A stretch of DNA of 63,639 nucleotides, counting the filler, from Octopus bimaculoides (taxonomy: Eukaryota): the NCBI RefSeq assembly GCF_001194135.2. It is 8 parts of 7 records of this genome, joined end to end, with 100 filler letters (N's around TTAATTAATTAA, not from the genome) between each part and the next. Parts side by side here need not be neighbours in the genome. Positions count along the whole stretch, not along the records: positions 32,426 to 41,208 come from NC_068984.1; positions 41,309 to 47,761 come from NC_068982.1; positions 47,862 to 58,124 come from NC_068985.1; 5 more parts are not named here. One strand, given 5' to 3'. Shown piece after piece: positions 38,313-51,387 of the stretch (positions are counted from its first letter, which is position 1; each line of letters opens with the position of its first letter). The notes under the pieces are model-generated. The model did not search any database. It was not told the origin of the DNA and was given only the letters and a program-made list of their open reading frames with translations. The position numbers were made by a program, and so were the translations under genes.

Positions 38313-40727
38313 TATATGCGCGTATGTTTGAGGCTCCGCGTACGTAAAAGATTGGCAATTGTTAATGCAGGATCGATCCAGTTGTTGAGCACGCAATCCA
38401 TGCTGTTCCATGACCCAACAAAGAGCCTCTGCTTGGCGGCTCGACCAGCTAGAAACTGCAGTTAAATGTCCTTCAAATTAAATCCTACCGTCTTAAAAAA
38501 AGAAAAGACGAGATGATTAAGCTTGCAATACATTTGACCATAGCTGTGTTCGACCAGGGCTGATCTAGTATTACTATCAAAGCTACATCATTATCATCAT
38601 CATCATCATCAGCTACCACTATCATCATCATCATCATCATCATCATCACCATCACCAACACCGCAAACATCGTCAACACCACCATTACCACCGCAACCAC
38701 CAACCATGACCACGAAAATCATCACCACCACCATCATTACCATCATCACCACCACTACCGCTACAACGGCCAANNNNNNNNNNCATCACCACCACCATCA
38801 TTACCATCATCACCACCACTACCGCTACAACGGCCAACATCATCATCACTATGTCCATCATCATCATCATCCTCACCACAACCACTACTGCCATAACCAC
38901 CATATACATCACTCCTACCACCATAATCATCGCTACCACCTCGTCTAACCACAGCCACCATTAGCAGCACTTCTACGACTACCGCCATAACTACCAACAC
39001 CACTACCTTCATCACAACTACTAACATCACGACGACGACGACCACCACCACTACCACTACCGTTACTACCACCGCTACAACCAGACCCAGTTGTTTAGAG
39101 TACAAGCAACTTTTTACACCTCACAGTTTCCCTTTATGTTTCCTCCTCCTCCTCCTCCTCTTTCTCCTCCTTCTCTACTCTTCAATTTCTCAGTTTTTCC
39201 ACGCCATTATCTTCCGCCCTCGCCCCCTCTCCCCCGCTCTTTCCCCTATCGTCCCACCCCAAAACCTCATCTCCCAGTAAAACATCGCTACCATCCATCC
39301 GTCCNNNNNNNNNNNNNNNNNNNNNNNNNNNNNNNNNNNNNNNNNNNNNNNNNNNNNNNNNNNNNNNNNNNNNNNNNNNNNNNNNNNNNNNNNNNNNNNN
39401 NNNNNNNNNNNNNNNNNNNNNNNNNNNNNNNNNNNNNNNNNNNNNNNNNNNNNNNNNNNNNNNNNNNNNNNNNNNNNNNNNNNNNNNNNNNNNNNNNNNN
39501 NNNNNNNNNNNNNNNNNNNNNNNNNNNNNNNNNNNNNNNNNNNNNNNNNNNNNNNNNNNNNNNNNNNNNNNNNNNNNNNNNNNNNNNNNNNNNNNNNNNN
39601 NNNNNNNNNNNNNNNNNNNNNNNNNNNNNNNNNNNNNNNNNNNNNNNNNNNNNNNNNNNNNNNNNNNNNNNNNNNNNNNNNNNNNNNNNNNNNNNNNNNN
39701 NNNNNNNNNNNNNNNNNNNNNNNNNNNNNNNNNNNNNNNNNNNNNNNNNNNNNNNNNNNNNNNNNNNNNNNNNNNNNNNNNNNNNNNNNNNNNNNNNNNN
39801 NNNNNNNNNNNNNNNNNNNNNNNNNNNNNNNNNNNNNNNNNNNNNNNNNNNNNNNNNNNNNNNNNNNNNNNNNNNNNNNNNNNCATTCCCTCGCGACCCC
39901 TCCCTCCCCACAACATCGCCACCCCCATCAACATCGCCACCACCTTCGCCACCAGCACAGAAACTTTTCTCTTCTAGTAGTAGTAGTAGTTGTAGTGGTG
40001 GAGGTGGTGGTGGTGGTGGTGTTGGAGTTGTAAGGTTGAATGTTCGAGAGATGGAGCTAGGATAAAAACGGGAGACGATTTGGCAATTTCGAAAAATCCC
40101 CAACTCCTCTAAGCCTGGCATTAAAAAAAACACTAAGCAACAAACGACCCCACTTTCCTCATAAAAGAACAAAAACAAGTACACAAAGTAAAACAAAGCA
40201 AAATAAAAGAACGAAAACGGAAACAAAACGAAACAAAACCAAAAAAAGAAAGCGAAAAAATAACCAAAGCCAACCAACAAACAAAGAACTTCACTTTGGT
40301 ATGTCTAGTATGCTTTAGTTAGGGGTCAACCCCCAGACAAGTTCTATTTATAGTACCACTAACAAGAAGAGAGCACGAAAGGGGTGGTGGAAAAAAAATC
40401 TGGGGGAAAAAAAGCAGAAGAGTCGGCTCCGATTCAACCTCTAGTCTAAGGTATGGACTACTTGTGTCTTATAAAACATTGTATATGTGTAAACACACAA
40501 AGCAACGAGGGAGGCTCCTCTATGTGCTCGTTTGGCCTGCTAGAAATAACAGATATTTCCGTTGTAACTAGTTCAGCCGTCAAAAAATAAAACGGAAGAA
40601 AACAAGTACAAATGTTACTGTATTTTCTTTTTTTTTTGAATACTGAAAACTATTCAATGGACAAGAGCGCTAAACGTTTTTTGATTTGATCATAAGCGCT
40701 AACTTCGGTTTTTAGCAATAATAATAT

Positions 40728-40781
<54 letters not shown>

Positions 40782-40871
40782 TACATATATGTATAAATAA
40801 ATGTACACACACATAGGCGCATATATGTAACTGTACGCGCTCAGTATGAGCTGGCATAGAGATATGTTTAC

Positions 40872-40917
<46 letters not shown>

Positions 40918-40949
40918 GTCCGTCTGTCTGTCTGTCCNNNNNNNNNNAG

Positions 40950-41012
<63 letters not shown>

Positions 41013-41170
41013 GTTGTCTATCTGTCTGACTGTCAGTCTATTCATCTATCGCACAAGCTACCTAGCTAACTGTTTCCGACCACATGGTTCCGGTTTCAGT
41101 GGATTTGGTAGGCGTAAACTGAAAGAAGCCCATCGTATACGCACACGCACACACACACACACACACACAT

Positions 41171-41208
<38 letters not shown>

Positions 41209-43394
41209 NNNNNNNNNNNNNNNNNNNNNNNNNNNNNNNNNNNNNNNNNNNNTTAATTAATTAANNNNNNNNNNNNNNNNNNNNNNNNNNNNNNNNNNNN
41301 NNNNNNNNTCTGCTGTAGGCAATATGTGTTTTTTGTGAGGTCCGGGGGGCGGCAAACGGAAGGTCCGCGTCCCGGGCGGTACACACTCTAGCTACGCTAG
41401 TGCTTCAGTCAGATATCCATCGGCGTTTAAAAGTGTTCTTGTGGTAGAAGTAATGCGTGTATATTCGAATAACCCGAGAAAACACTTAAATACGCACAGA
41501 AAATTGAAAATATTCAGGTTTTTTGTTTTTGCATTAATAAAATATCAACCTTCTTAGTTTATTGTATGTAATTCGTTATCCCAAGTCGACCTTGTTTTGA
41601 TCGTTTTTGAATTGATTATATACACATCGATTATGTACTAAGATCAGCTGCTCCAAGCGCAATTTGCTTTCACGAAAGCACCGATTTGGAAAAATATTGT
41701 TCTATGCATCTCAGTGCTAAGTATATTACATGACTTTGTTCATTTGTAACACCCTGACAGTATATTTCCACAGCGCAAATCTATATTCTCATTAATTCAT
41801 TTAATTTTTATTTGACAAGAAAATGTTTTGACTTAACAAGGGTCTGATGAACCACAAATCTATTTATTTCTGATACGTATTAGAGGTTTCCCGCCCTTGA
41901 AAACTTCGGCTAAAGCAATGTTGTTGTTATTTTCATCAGTAAAACCTCCGACAACGGTATTTGTCAGCGTTTCGAACGTCTTATAGCTTTGTTAACCAAA
42001 CAAACTAGTGGAGACGAGAATACATTTGTCAAAGGTTTATTACTTTACGTACATCAGGGCTTAAGTTGCCAGTTATTTCTGTTTAGTCCATTCAAATTCG
42101 TTTAACACTCACTGTTGACATTCTTTTGTTTTTCTTCTCCTACCGGAAGTTCCTTTTTGCTGACGACCAACTTTCTAGCTAGCCCGCAGCTAAGTTCCTC
42201 TCTACAGATCGTCTGTCACAAATCCTGCCCTATAGTCTCATCTTTTGGATAGATTTTCTATTTGACGGTTTGTTACATTACAGTATGCAATGGTGATCCA
42301 AGAGTCGATTATATTTTCCCCAATTAAGATAATTCTGTATCTTACTAACTTTCATTCTTCACTTCTAACAACACATACTTCTACACCAATGATAATAACC
42401 CTTAATTCTCCTTAACCTTCGAACTCCATCAATCGTCCTGATGAAATCTAGAAACTTTATGACATATTTGTATGGCACACATGAATATAATAAAACTAAA
42501 TGAATATAAATCATCGGACTCACTTCAGTGAGTATATAGCAAGTCTAGATATTTTCAATAGCATCTAAATACAACCACTGCGTATATCAGGAAGCAATCA
42601 TACAACATAAAACAGTTTGTAGGGAAATGCAAACGTTTGTATGTTGATGGCTGGTTTTTCTAACGTCGGTACTTATTTATTTAAATAAGTGCCAGTCAAA
42701 TGCAAGAGTTGGTAGGATGTGTCATAGGTGTCAGGTCTAAGAACGTAATGGATAAGTTGCTTTGAAGTCCATGGAATAAATGGCATAAGATAATAGTTGA
42801 AATGGCCTTAATTTTACCATTACAGTATAAAAACAACTGCTCCGAGTTATTGTTATATAAAGATTAGTTGAAGTTCTGTTGTCCATTTCGTAGGTAGTTG
42901 TGTTCATCTGTAGGTGACTGCTAAGAGATTGTAGTAACGCTGTGCGCATGCGTAGTCTCACGCATGCGTGGAATTAAACATCCACGTTTTCCCGCTTTGA
43001 TCGATCTCTTTCTTGCTGGCCAGCGATTGAGCAAGGACGTGTTTAGCTGTCTCTCTCCATCTTTCGAACTTACGCTAGACAGCTCGCTCACATCTACATA
43101 CCAACGTCCCAACAACCATGTTCTCACACACCGAAGACGTCTCAACAAACAAGATTAAAGATGTATATTCTCCACCTTGAATAAATATTGTTGAGTTGAT
43201 AGTCTGGAGTTCAGCGTTCCGTTTTATTCTAATTTTATATAGGAAAGTCAGGTGTACATCTAATGATGTATAACCCACTTTCCACTAAAAGATCAAAGGA
43301 AGGAGGAAAGAGAAAGAGTAAGAAAATTAACCTCGCTGGGTTGACGAGTAGAGAAAGGGAAGATTGTATTGTCACTTGTTGATATGCCAAGAGT

Positions 43395-44236
43395 GAAGAA
43401 AGAGATAGATAGATAGATGGATGGATAGATAGATAGATAGATAGATAGATATGCTTCTTTATTGGCCACACAGGGCTGAATACAGAGGGGACAAAATACA
43501 AAGTAGAGTTTTTCTGTTTGGGAAGAGGAAGAGAAAAAAAAGGAAAGGAGGGGGGGGTAGAAATTCGATCAAAAGGGATCGTTAAAAAAAAAAAAAGCCG
43601 ATCAATAGAGATCGTGTATCACAGAAATGTCATGATGTAAAAAGGGGAAACAGATTAGGTTTATCCAGAGAAAGAAAAGCCTACAGAAAAGACCACGGTA
43701 ACCTCGGGCAATAATGTCATGCAAATAAACGCATTACAGTAAGTGACTCACTTTTTTCCTTTCTTTCTTTTTTTTGATTCATAGAATTATGCTCAAGGTA
43801 GCTTCATCAATCACAAGTGCCATCTTTGCTACATTCACCCGTCTTTTTTTTAAACATTCACTTGACAAAACTTCCCTCTCTACTCTCACCCTCTTCAAGT
43901 GATACTTGAAGAAGTTGATGAGAAATTCACCAGAGAGGAAAGTGTTTGCCTCTAGATCTTTCAGACGCGAACACCATACACATTCTTTCGCCATAGCCAC
44001 AAGTACGATGAAAATGGCTCTTCCTTCCCGTTTCAAGGAAGGAGGCGCGACAATATTCACGATAGACTCGGTTGATAAACTGACTCGTCCCACACGCGAT
44101 AGCAGTCGTTCGACATAGGCCCACAGGTCGGAAATGGTTGGACACTGTACGAGTGTGTGCAGAATGGTTTCGTCGCTCTGACCGCATCTCGGGCAGGTCA
44201 GCCCCGTGTTTCTCGAGCCATGCCTGTAGAGCTTGT
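43395..44236 (-). mobile_element. 5'-truncated Tx1/L1-clade LINE (ORF2 C-terminal zinc-finger region, 3' UTR, (TATC)n tail)
   Basis: KLYRHGSRNTGLTCPRCGQSDETILHTLVQCP...(CX2CX7HX4C) ...MAKECVW..R...FFKYHLK. UTR ends ...TTGTCCCCTCTGTATTCAGCCCTGTGTGGCCAATAAAGAAGCAT then (TATC)n. Confidence 0.9.
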
Positions 44237-44597
44237 AGATAGCTTCCTCTTTCTTTCTATCACAGCTAAACATTGTCATGCTACACATTTTTAGGCGTCA
44301 TAACTTTTGATAGCTTTTCATTGTGATCATACATCTATAACATTTTCAAAGTTGTGATCAAAAGGCTAAACTTTTTCACAGCTATAAAATGCCTTAGCAC
44401 TGATCAGTCACTGCTCCAAGTTAAACTGCAACCCACATCCTACTTATTGGCAAGTATTCGCTCGCTAACTTACCAAGCGGCCTGCAGATGCGTTGCTTCC
44501 TTTTTGTCTTTTCTACCTATACTGTAATGGCTTAGACATTTTTGAACTAGCAAACTCTATAATAGGAGAGTATTGTAGTATTGAAGCATTGTGTATT

Positions 44598-44854
44598 GTT
44601 TGTAAAGAATAAAAAGTTTTGAATGGTACAACAATGCACTATAATACAAAAAATGGACTATATACCTGTTGTAATTTAGTTATCTATAGTCCGATGATAT
44701 TTCGGAATACAATTCCTTCTTCAGATATTCTTAGATAGAGTCGCTTCCGAAATATTATCGGACTATAGATAACTAAATTACAACAGGTATATAGTCCATT
44801 TTTTGTATTATAGTACATTGTTGTACCATTCAAGACTTTTTATTCTTTACAAAC
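44598..44854. repeat. Near-perfect inverted repeat, 110-bp arms with 37-bp spacer
   Basis: 44598-44707 pairs with 44745-44854 with only a few mismatches. Confidence 0.9.
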
Positions 44855-45826
44855 TCTATAATATCTCTACATAAGTGTTCCTCATGCACGCATTCAGTGA
44901 CGTTGCTAGAGTGTGTGCCATCCGGACAGCCTTTGAGTCTGCCACCCCTCCCGGGTTAGGGTCTATACAGCCTGTACAGGCTTATATAGAAGACCTAGAA
45001 GTGCCCCCCATAAAGTGTTACCCGGGACATATTGTTCCATCGTCCCCACTCCCAAACTGCACCCACCTCTTTTCCACTCGTTATCCCCACTTTTCAACGC
45101 TAAATATAATTTATTCAAACTTTCCAGTTCAGAAATTCAGTCTTTGGCGCTCATTAATTTCCGACATTTTCCCCCAAATATCAGTCTTCAGAAGTTCTAA
45201 CCATGTACTGTATTGATCTCACCAGTCTGGAAGGACCAAAGACAATGTCTTTCTTCTTCCAGTTAAATGAATAATAATGAAATATGGCATCCAATTAGAA
45301 AAAGCCGCATCACTCGTCTGCTGGTCAGTTTTAATTTACTGATTATATTAAAATTGTATCTTTTTTAGGAGAAAATGAAAATAGGTTTTGGTCACTAATC
45401 TTAGAGATTTTGGTCCTTTGCGTTTATCAAACTTCAAAGGATAAGTTTAAATCTACTCACTGTAAAGAAATTAATTTCATTGTCACAGGCATACCTGAGT
45501 GGTTAAGGAGTTTGTGATTACATATTAATCCAACAATGCGGCAACTCAGACAAGTGTTTTCTACTATAGCCCTGGGCCAACCAAAGCCTTATGAGTGGAT
45601 TTGGTAGATGGAAACTACCAGGAGTTCACTGTGTGTGTGTGTGTATAGAGATAGAGAGAGGGGGAAGAGAGAGTGAGAGAGAGCAAGCAATCTGCATATC
45701 CTACTTAACGTGGATGTATTGTAAGAATGCCATAATACTGCAGTGTTCGTCTGGAGAAAACACCTCCTATAGACATGTATCGTTAAAAAGCGCAGAAGTA
45801 TCAGCAACAGTCGAAAAATGTCAAGA

Positions 45827-46045
45827 ACTGACGGCGGAACTGCTAGATCATATGATTTCTTCGCGGTTGCGCGTCGTCAGCAGCAGGTATCCGCAATCAC
45901 CGCATGCTAGCCAAACTGATTAGTCACTGGTTTGTTTTATATCAGTTGAGGCGAAGTTTTGGTAGCATGCGGTGATTGTCAATACCTCCAACTAATGACG
46001 GGCAAACACACAGAAATCACGTGATCTAGCAGTTCCACCGTCAGT
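45827..46045. mobile_element. Fold-back MITE
   Basis: ACTGACGGCGGAACTGCTAGATCA..GCAATCACCGCATGCTA pairs with TAGCATGCGGTGATTG..TGATCTAGCAGTTCCACCGTCAGT. Confidence 0.7.
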
Positions 46046-46067
46046 GCTAGATATTTTTCGTCTCTCT

Positions 46068-46117
<50 letters not shown>

Positions 46118-47861
46118 TTGATATATGTGTGTATATCCGTGTGTGTCCCCTTGTCTTGACATCACATGATAATTGAAAAACGAGCGTCACTGTCATACAA
46201 GTAAACAATGTTGTTCATGAGAAACTGAATGTGGGTTGCATAGCAAACCAATTCAGCTATTTTGCTAGAGTTTGAACGAAAGGAACTGAAGTAGACTAGT
46301 ATTGCCTACATGTGGTAAACATGTAGTAAATGCATGCTCGTACTGCTAACAGTGAATGCGTATTTTCAAGGTGCTTGAGTCCGTGTTGTGCGTATACTGG
46401 GTGCTTGAATTCATGTTATATGCTCTTGCATATACACATGTCGATGTGTGTGTGATGTATACATGTTCAAATGTATGCGTGACTAAGCGGNNNNNNNNNN
46501 ATTTTGATGAAGAAACAGTTTAAAAAAAAAAATTTAACTCTTGTACTGGCGATGGCCAGTGTACTTGCCGACTTTATCTCGCTTCCGTCACTGGAGGTAT
46601 CAGTAGAAGAATGCTTTGGTGTTTGATCAGTTTGATCAGGTGGTAAAGTCGACATTGTTTTAGACTCAAGGTGAGTTATCTTTAGGCGGTCGATGCTAAC
46701 TGATTCGTTTCTGAAGATGAACAACGAGCAAATCTATAAACCTGAGAGTAAAATATAATGAATAATAACAACCAAATTTCTTTCAGTTATCAAACCATTT
46801 TTTTTTTATATAAGAAGGATCATTGTATTTTAAAAAGCAAATTATAATACTAACACCGACAATATATTAACAATAAAACGATATTGAATGGTCGCAAATG
46901 ATTTAAATATTTATTTCCAGAAGAGAAACTAGTTGGAAATATTTCATAACATCCTGTTCACACGAATGAAAAGCTTATAAATATAATTAGTTATGAAAAG
47001 TATAATTCCAGTAAAAAAATATAAATGTTTGCTTTGTATACAAAATCGAAATTCGATAATAATATTACATGATTCTAAAATGTCAGGAAAAAATGCGTGG
47101 AATTTCTATAATATTATTGCATTCTTTTTTACTTGTTGTGCCTCCTATCAGCCATTGTATTGAATTTTGGGTAGGTGACACTTATTATGTTGTTGATGTT
47201 GCTGATCCTGTAATAAGTTTATAATTCGTTTGTGATCTTTGGCTGAAATTTGAACTCAATTCTTAATGAAATCAGAGACATTTCATCTCTATCAATATTG
47301 GCCTTGGGAAAATCACCGGCGCTTTGTTAGTTCCTTTCTCCATTCTCAAGAATACAGAACTCGTGCTTGAGTGAGATTATTCTTTTTAACGCTTAACCTG
47401 CATAGTTTCATGTCACCAATTTCGGATCTTTTTGGTTTGACGGGCAACATTTTTCATTAATGTTTTATGTAGTGTTTTTGGTACCGAAACACTTTCAAAC
47501 TTCGTATACTTGTATATTTTGTATTATAGAACAGATAAAAAATTTTGTATTCGAAGTTATTTCATGTAAAAAGTTGTCGTATTTCGGTAATTTCAACCAA
47601 TCACTGGCGTCTATTGAGGTGAAAACAATTAATGGCGTGGAATGTAAACAATGGTGTCATGGGATCTTTTCCCTTGAATAAAATTAGTGCCGTTGTTTGT
47701 CAACAACAACTACCCGTGTTACTCTTATTTATGACATCGTTCGTGTGATTGTACTGGTTTTNNNNNNNNNNNNNNNNNNNNNNNNNNNNNNNNNNNNNNN
47801 NNNNNTTAATTAATTAANNNNNNNNNNNNNNNNNNNNNNNNNNNNNNNNNNNNNNNNNNNN

Positions 47862-47897
<36 letters not shown>

Positions 47898-48669
47898 CAC
47901 TCACACACACACACAGTACATACTCTCTTCACTGATACCGAAATGAGAGTGTCTATCTACTTTCCACATTTTCGTATTTTTCTCCGAACCAAATTTTAAA
48001 TTTAATTCACTTGAAGAAAACGGTAATCGAATTATTCATGAAAAAAAAAACGCGTCTGAAACAGCTGTAGTGAACCTTTAACCCATTTGTGTTCTGTTTT
48101 CATACGAGCATATGTATGCATTTATATATGCACTTATACGTGTGTACATGCAGGCGCGCGTGTTTATGTGTATATGTGTGTTCTTCGGTTGCTTGCGCGT
48201 GTGTATGCCCAAGAATATGTTACGAGTGTACACCATGGAAAATGGCACACAGAATAATAATTGTTAGGATAACAACAAGCGCAAATGTAAACCATCTGTA
48301 CGCTAAGACATAAAATCTTTTCAAATAGTGCAATAATTTCTATGAAATGATATAATTTATTCCACTGCTCAATATAGATTCTGTTACGCTACTGCTTGTC
48401 TTTGCTGAGCATCGCTTGTATCCAATGCATTATGCTCTTTCTTTTGTATTTGTTTCAATTATGATTTAAAATTCAATTCCTTCTGCCAAAATCACAAATA
48501 CAATTATTCATAAATTAGATTGGCAAGAAATAGCAATTATAATTTATAACATTTAAGGAGAAAACAATTCTCGTAACCAAACCCATACGAAAATACGAAT
48601 AATCGATTACAATATCGGATATATTTCTAAATGCACATTTACAGAAAGTTCAAAACATTTTCAGTTGTA

Positions 48670-49564
48670 TTGGGTCATCCCATAAATAATGTGTTTTTTT
48701 TTCATACTTCTTTTATTCATCAAAATTACGATAAAGTTCTTTTTTAATCTAAAATATACTCTCCTTCATTTTCTACAATGCTCTTCCATCTATCTGGTAG
48801 ACTTGCATGGCCCCTCTTCCAAAATTCACGTATCCGTGACGAAAAATACTCCTCCACTACTGTTCTGACCTCGTCTACAGAATTCTTATTTTTTCCGTCC
48901 AGATGATTTCGAAAAATGCAGAATAAATGAGAATCAGATGGGGCAATGTCCGGCGAATATGGTGGGTCGGGTATCATTCCCCATTCAAACTGCTCCAGCC
49001 TCTGGAATGTCATCCTCACTGTATGTGGTCGAGCATTATCCTGATGGATGAACACCTTTCGTCTTGAAACCAAAGGTGGTCGTTTTTACTTCTGGCGCTG
49101 GTGTCGATGAATGGTTGAAAGACCAAATCCAAACTTCTCTGCAAGTTCCTCAACAGACACGATGGGATTTTGTTCCACCAGGTTTTGCAGGACGTCCTTA
49201 TCGTGCTCTACAGATCTTCCAGAACGTGGCTCGTCATCTAGGCTGTAGTTTCCGGTTCGGAATTTCTGGAACCACCGTTCACACTAGCTTATGCATATTG
49301 TCCGATTCTCATATGCTGCATTAATATTCCTCGCACTTTCCGTTGCGTTGTTGCCTTTATTGAACTCATAGAGCAAAATATGCTTAATATGCTCTTTTGT
49401 TACTTCCATTGCAGGTTTTTAAAAATTATTGTTTAAATCGAACTGCACTCTTCAAAACTTGCACTAAGAGTATGTACAAGGTTGATGCAGGTAGTTTATC
49501 CCGTTCCGCTCCGACTTTTAGTTCACACAATTGAAAAAGACGCATTATCTATGGAATAACCCAA
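48670..49564 (-). mobile_element. Internally deleted mariner element with both TIRs and TA TSDs
   Basis: TIRs TTGGGTCATCCCATAAATAATG / CATTATCTATGGAATAACCCAA. MEVTKEHIKHILLYEFNKGNNATESARNIN...EPRSGR fused to HQDNARPH...PPYSPDIAPSDSHLF...EGEYILD*. Confidence 0.92.
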
Positions 49565-49695
49565 TATAATTGCAACTTGTTTATTTTGGCTGCAGTAACT
49601 AGATAGTTATATTATAAGTACGTATCCATAGATTGTGACCTCGATGTTTACAATCTTGCCAGTTTTACTTGATTGTGAGAAGTGAAGCTGTTAAA

Positions 49696-49855
49696 ATGTT
49701 GGTTGCTGGTGTTCTTCTATTACTTATTGTCGTCTGGTTTTCTTTTCGTGTTCTACGAAGTTATTCGAAATCATTGTCAGATTGCAAAAACTTACCATGC
49801 ATGAAGAGTTGGTACCTAATCGGCGATATACCTAAACTACACGGAAATAATAGAG
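49696..49855 (+). CDS. CYP4V-like: Cytochrome P450 CYP4V-like, coding exon 1 (membrane anchor)
   Basis: MLVAGVLLLLIVVWFSFRVLRSYSKSLSDCKNLPCMKSWYLIGDIPKLHGNNR, phase-1 donor AG/GTTAGT. Splices in frame to exon 2. Confidence 0.85.
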
Positions 49856-50777
49856 GTTAGTGAGTCTCATTAATAACTTACCGAACATATCCATAAAACT
49901 AAATGTGTAAACTTACTTCTCTCTTTGTAAACGATGGGTGTGTTTATGTAATTATTGCTTAATTCAAATCAACACTGACTTCATCTAATTCAATGTTATT
50001 CACGAAATAAACTTACCAGTTTTTTTTACTAATACGCCTTTCTAAAAGGCAACAGGTTTGATATTCAGTGAGGTTCGGCTGCTATTTCTCCTTCCTCATG
50101 TTTCTATATACAGACTCAGCATCAGTAAGCGAAAAAAATAATTAATTCTCTAAAATACCATGAGACTTAATTTAGTGATGATCCAGCTGTTGTTTTGTTC
50201 CAGTTCATCCGTAAGTCAGACGTCCTATGATAAAATCAATATTGGAGAACTGTTGTTATGGAAGCAGCTTTCCAGGCAATTTATGTTAACTCTTTCATTA
50301 CCTTATTTTTTTTTACACTCAACCTTTGTTTCAATTGATATAGAAATTAATAAAGCATTTACTAAAATAACTTTCTCATTATTTCGCTGATATTTAGAAA
50401 ATATATAAACATGAAATTTTGATGGTGAGTTTTAATTTAAGTTATTTTATAACTGAACCAAGTGCAGTTTTAGGTGCAGTTTCATGAAATTAAGCACATT
50501 TTCAGGCGGGTTGATAACAAAGTAGTTAAATAAGAATAACTGTGCAGCAGTGTCTTCAGAGAGTGGTGTGTGGTGTTATCTGCATTTTACATTAAATTCC
50601 GACTATTTAACTGAGACTAGTTTATCATGCCACTTGCATCAGGGATTCACAGTCTCATCTCTTTGCCTGTTATACTGCTACAACCACACTCTCTGATATC
50701 CTAAATTGGCTAATCGCATACCACCTCCAAAAACCTCATACGATACACCAGTGTCATAATATTTACAGAGTCTCAAG

Positions 50778-51190
50778 GTGGGGAGCTGGCAGAAACGTTA
50801 GCACGTCGAGCGAAATGCTTAGCGGTATTTCATCTGCCGCTACGTTCTGAGTTCAAATTCCCCCGAGGTCGACTTTGCCTTTCATCTCTTTCAGGGTCGA
50901 TAAATTAAGTACCAGTTGCCTACTGGGGTCGATCTAATCGACTTTACCCCTCCCCCAAAATTTAGGGCCTTGTCCCTAGAAAAAAAAAAGAAACATTCGC
51001 ACGCCGGGCGAAATGCTTACCGGTATTTCGTCGGTCTTTATGTTCTGAGTTCAAATTCCGTCGAGGTCAACTTTGTCTTTTATCCTTTCAGAATCGATAA
51101 ATTAAGTACCAGTTACGTACTGGAGTCGATCTAATCGACTGGCCCCCTCTCCCAAAATTTCGGGCCTTGTGCCTAGAGTAGAAAAGAATA
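50778..51190 (+). mobile_element. Tandem pair of SINE family B copies
   Basis: Two head-to-tail copies (~50778-50995 and ~50996-51190), each with GAGTTCAAATTCC..GAGGTC.ACTTTG..GTCGATAAATTAAGTACCAG and a GGGCCTTGT tail. Confidence 0.85.
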
Positions 51191-51254
51191 TTTACAGTCT
51201 CAATATCGAAGCCCTACAAAGACCACTATAGCGAATCTGTTTCATAAAAATACT

Positions 51255-51386
51255 AACTTTAAATGGCTTATTATGGTAAGTTTTTTACCCAGCCATATAG
51301 TTTCGGATTCAGTTTCACTGCATAGCACCTTGAGCAAGTGTCTTCTGTTATATTATCTGACCGAACAAAGCTTTGTTAATGGATTT
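51255..51386 (+). mobile_element. SINE family A 5' part, truncated at the Tx1-like insertion
   Basis: CAGTTTCACTGCATAGCACCTTGAGCAAGTGTCTTCTG...CAAAGCTTTGTTAATGGATTT stops where the element tail begins. Confidence 0.6.
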
Positions 51387-51387
51387 C

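Noticed and set aside
38706-38850. Tandem duplication across a 10-N gap
   Set aside because: Identical sequence on both sides of a minimal gap is typical of an unmerged contig overlap.
42929-43240. Solo-LTR-like segment TGTAGTAAC...AATAAA...TTTTATA
   Set aside because: The 3' end is not CA, there is no TSD, and no PBS/PPT or internal domain was found.
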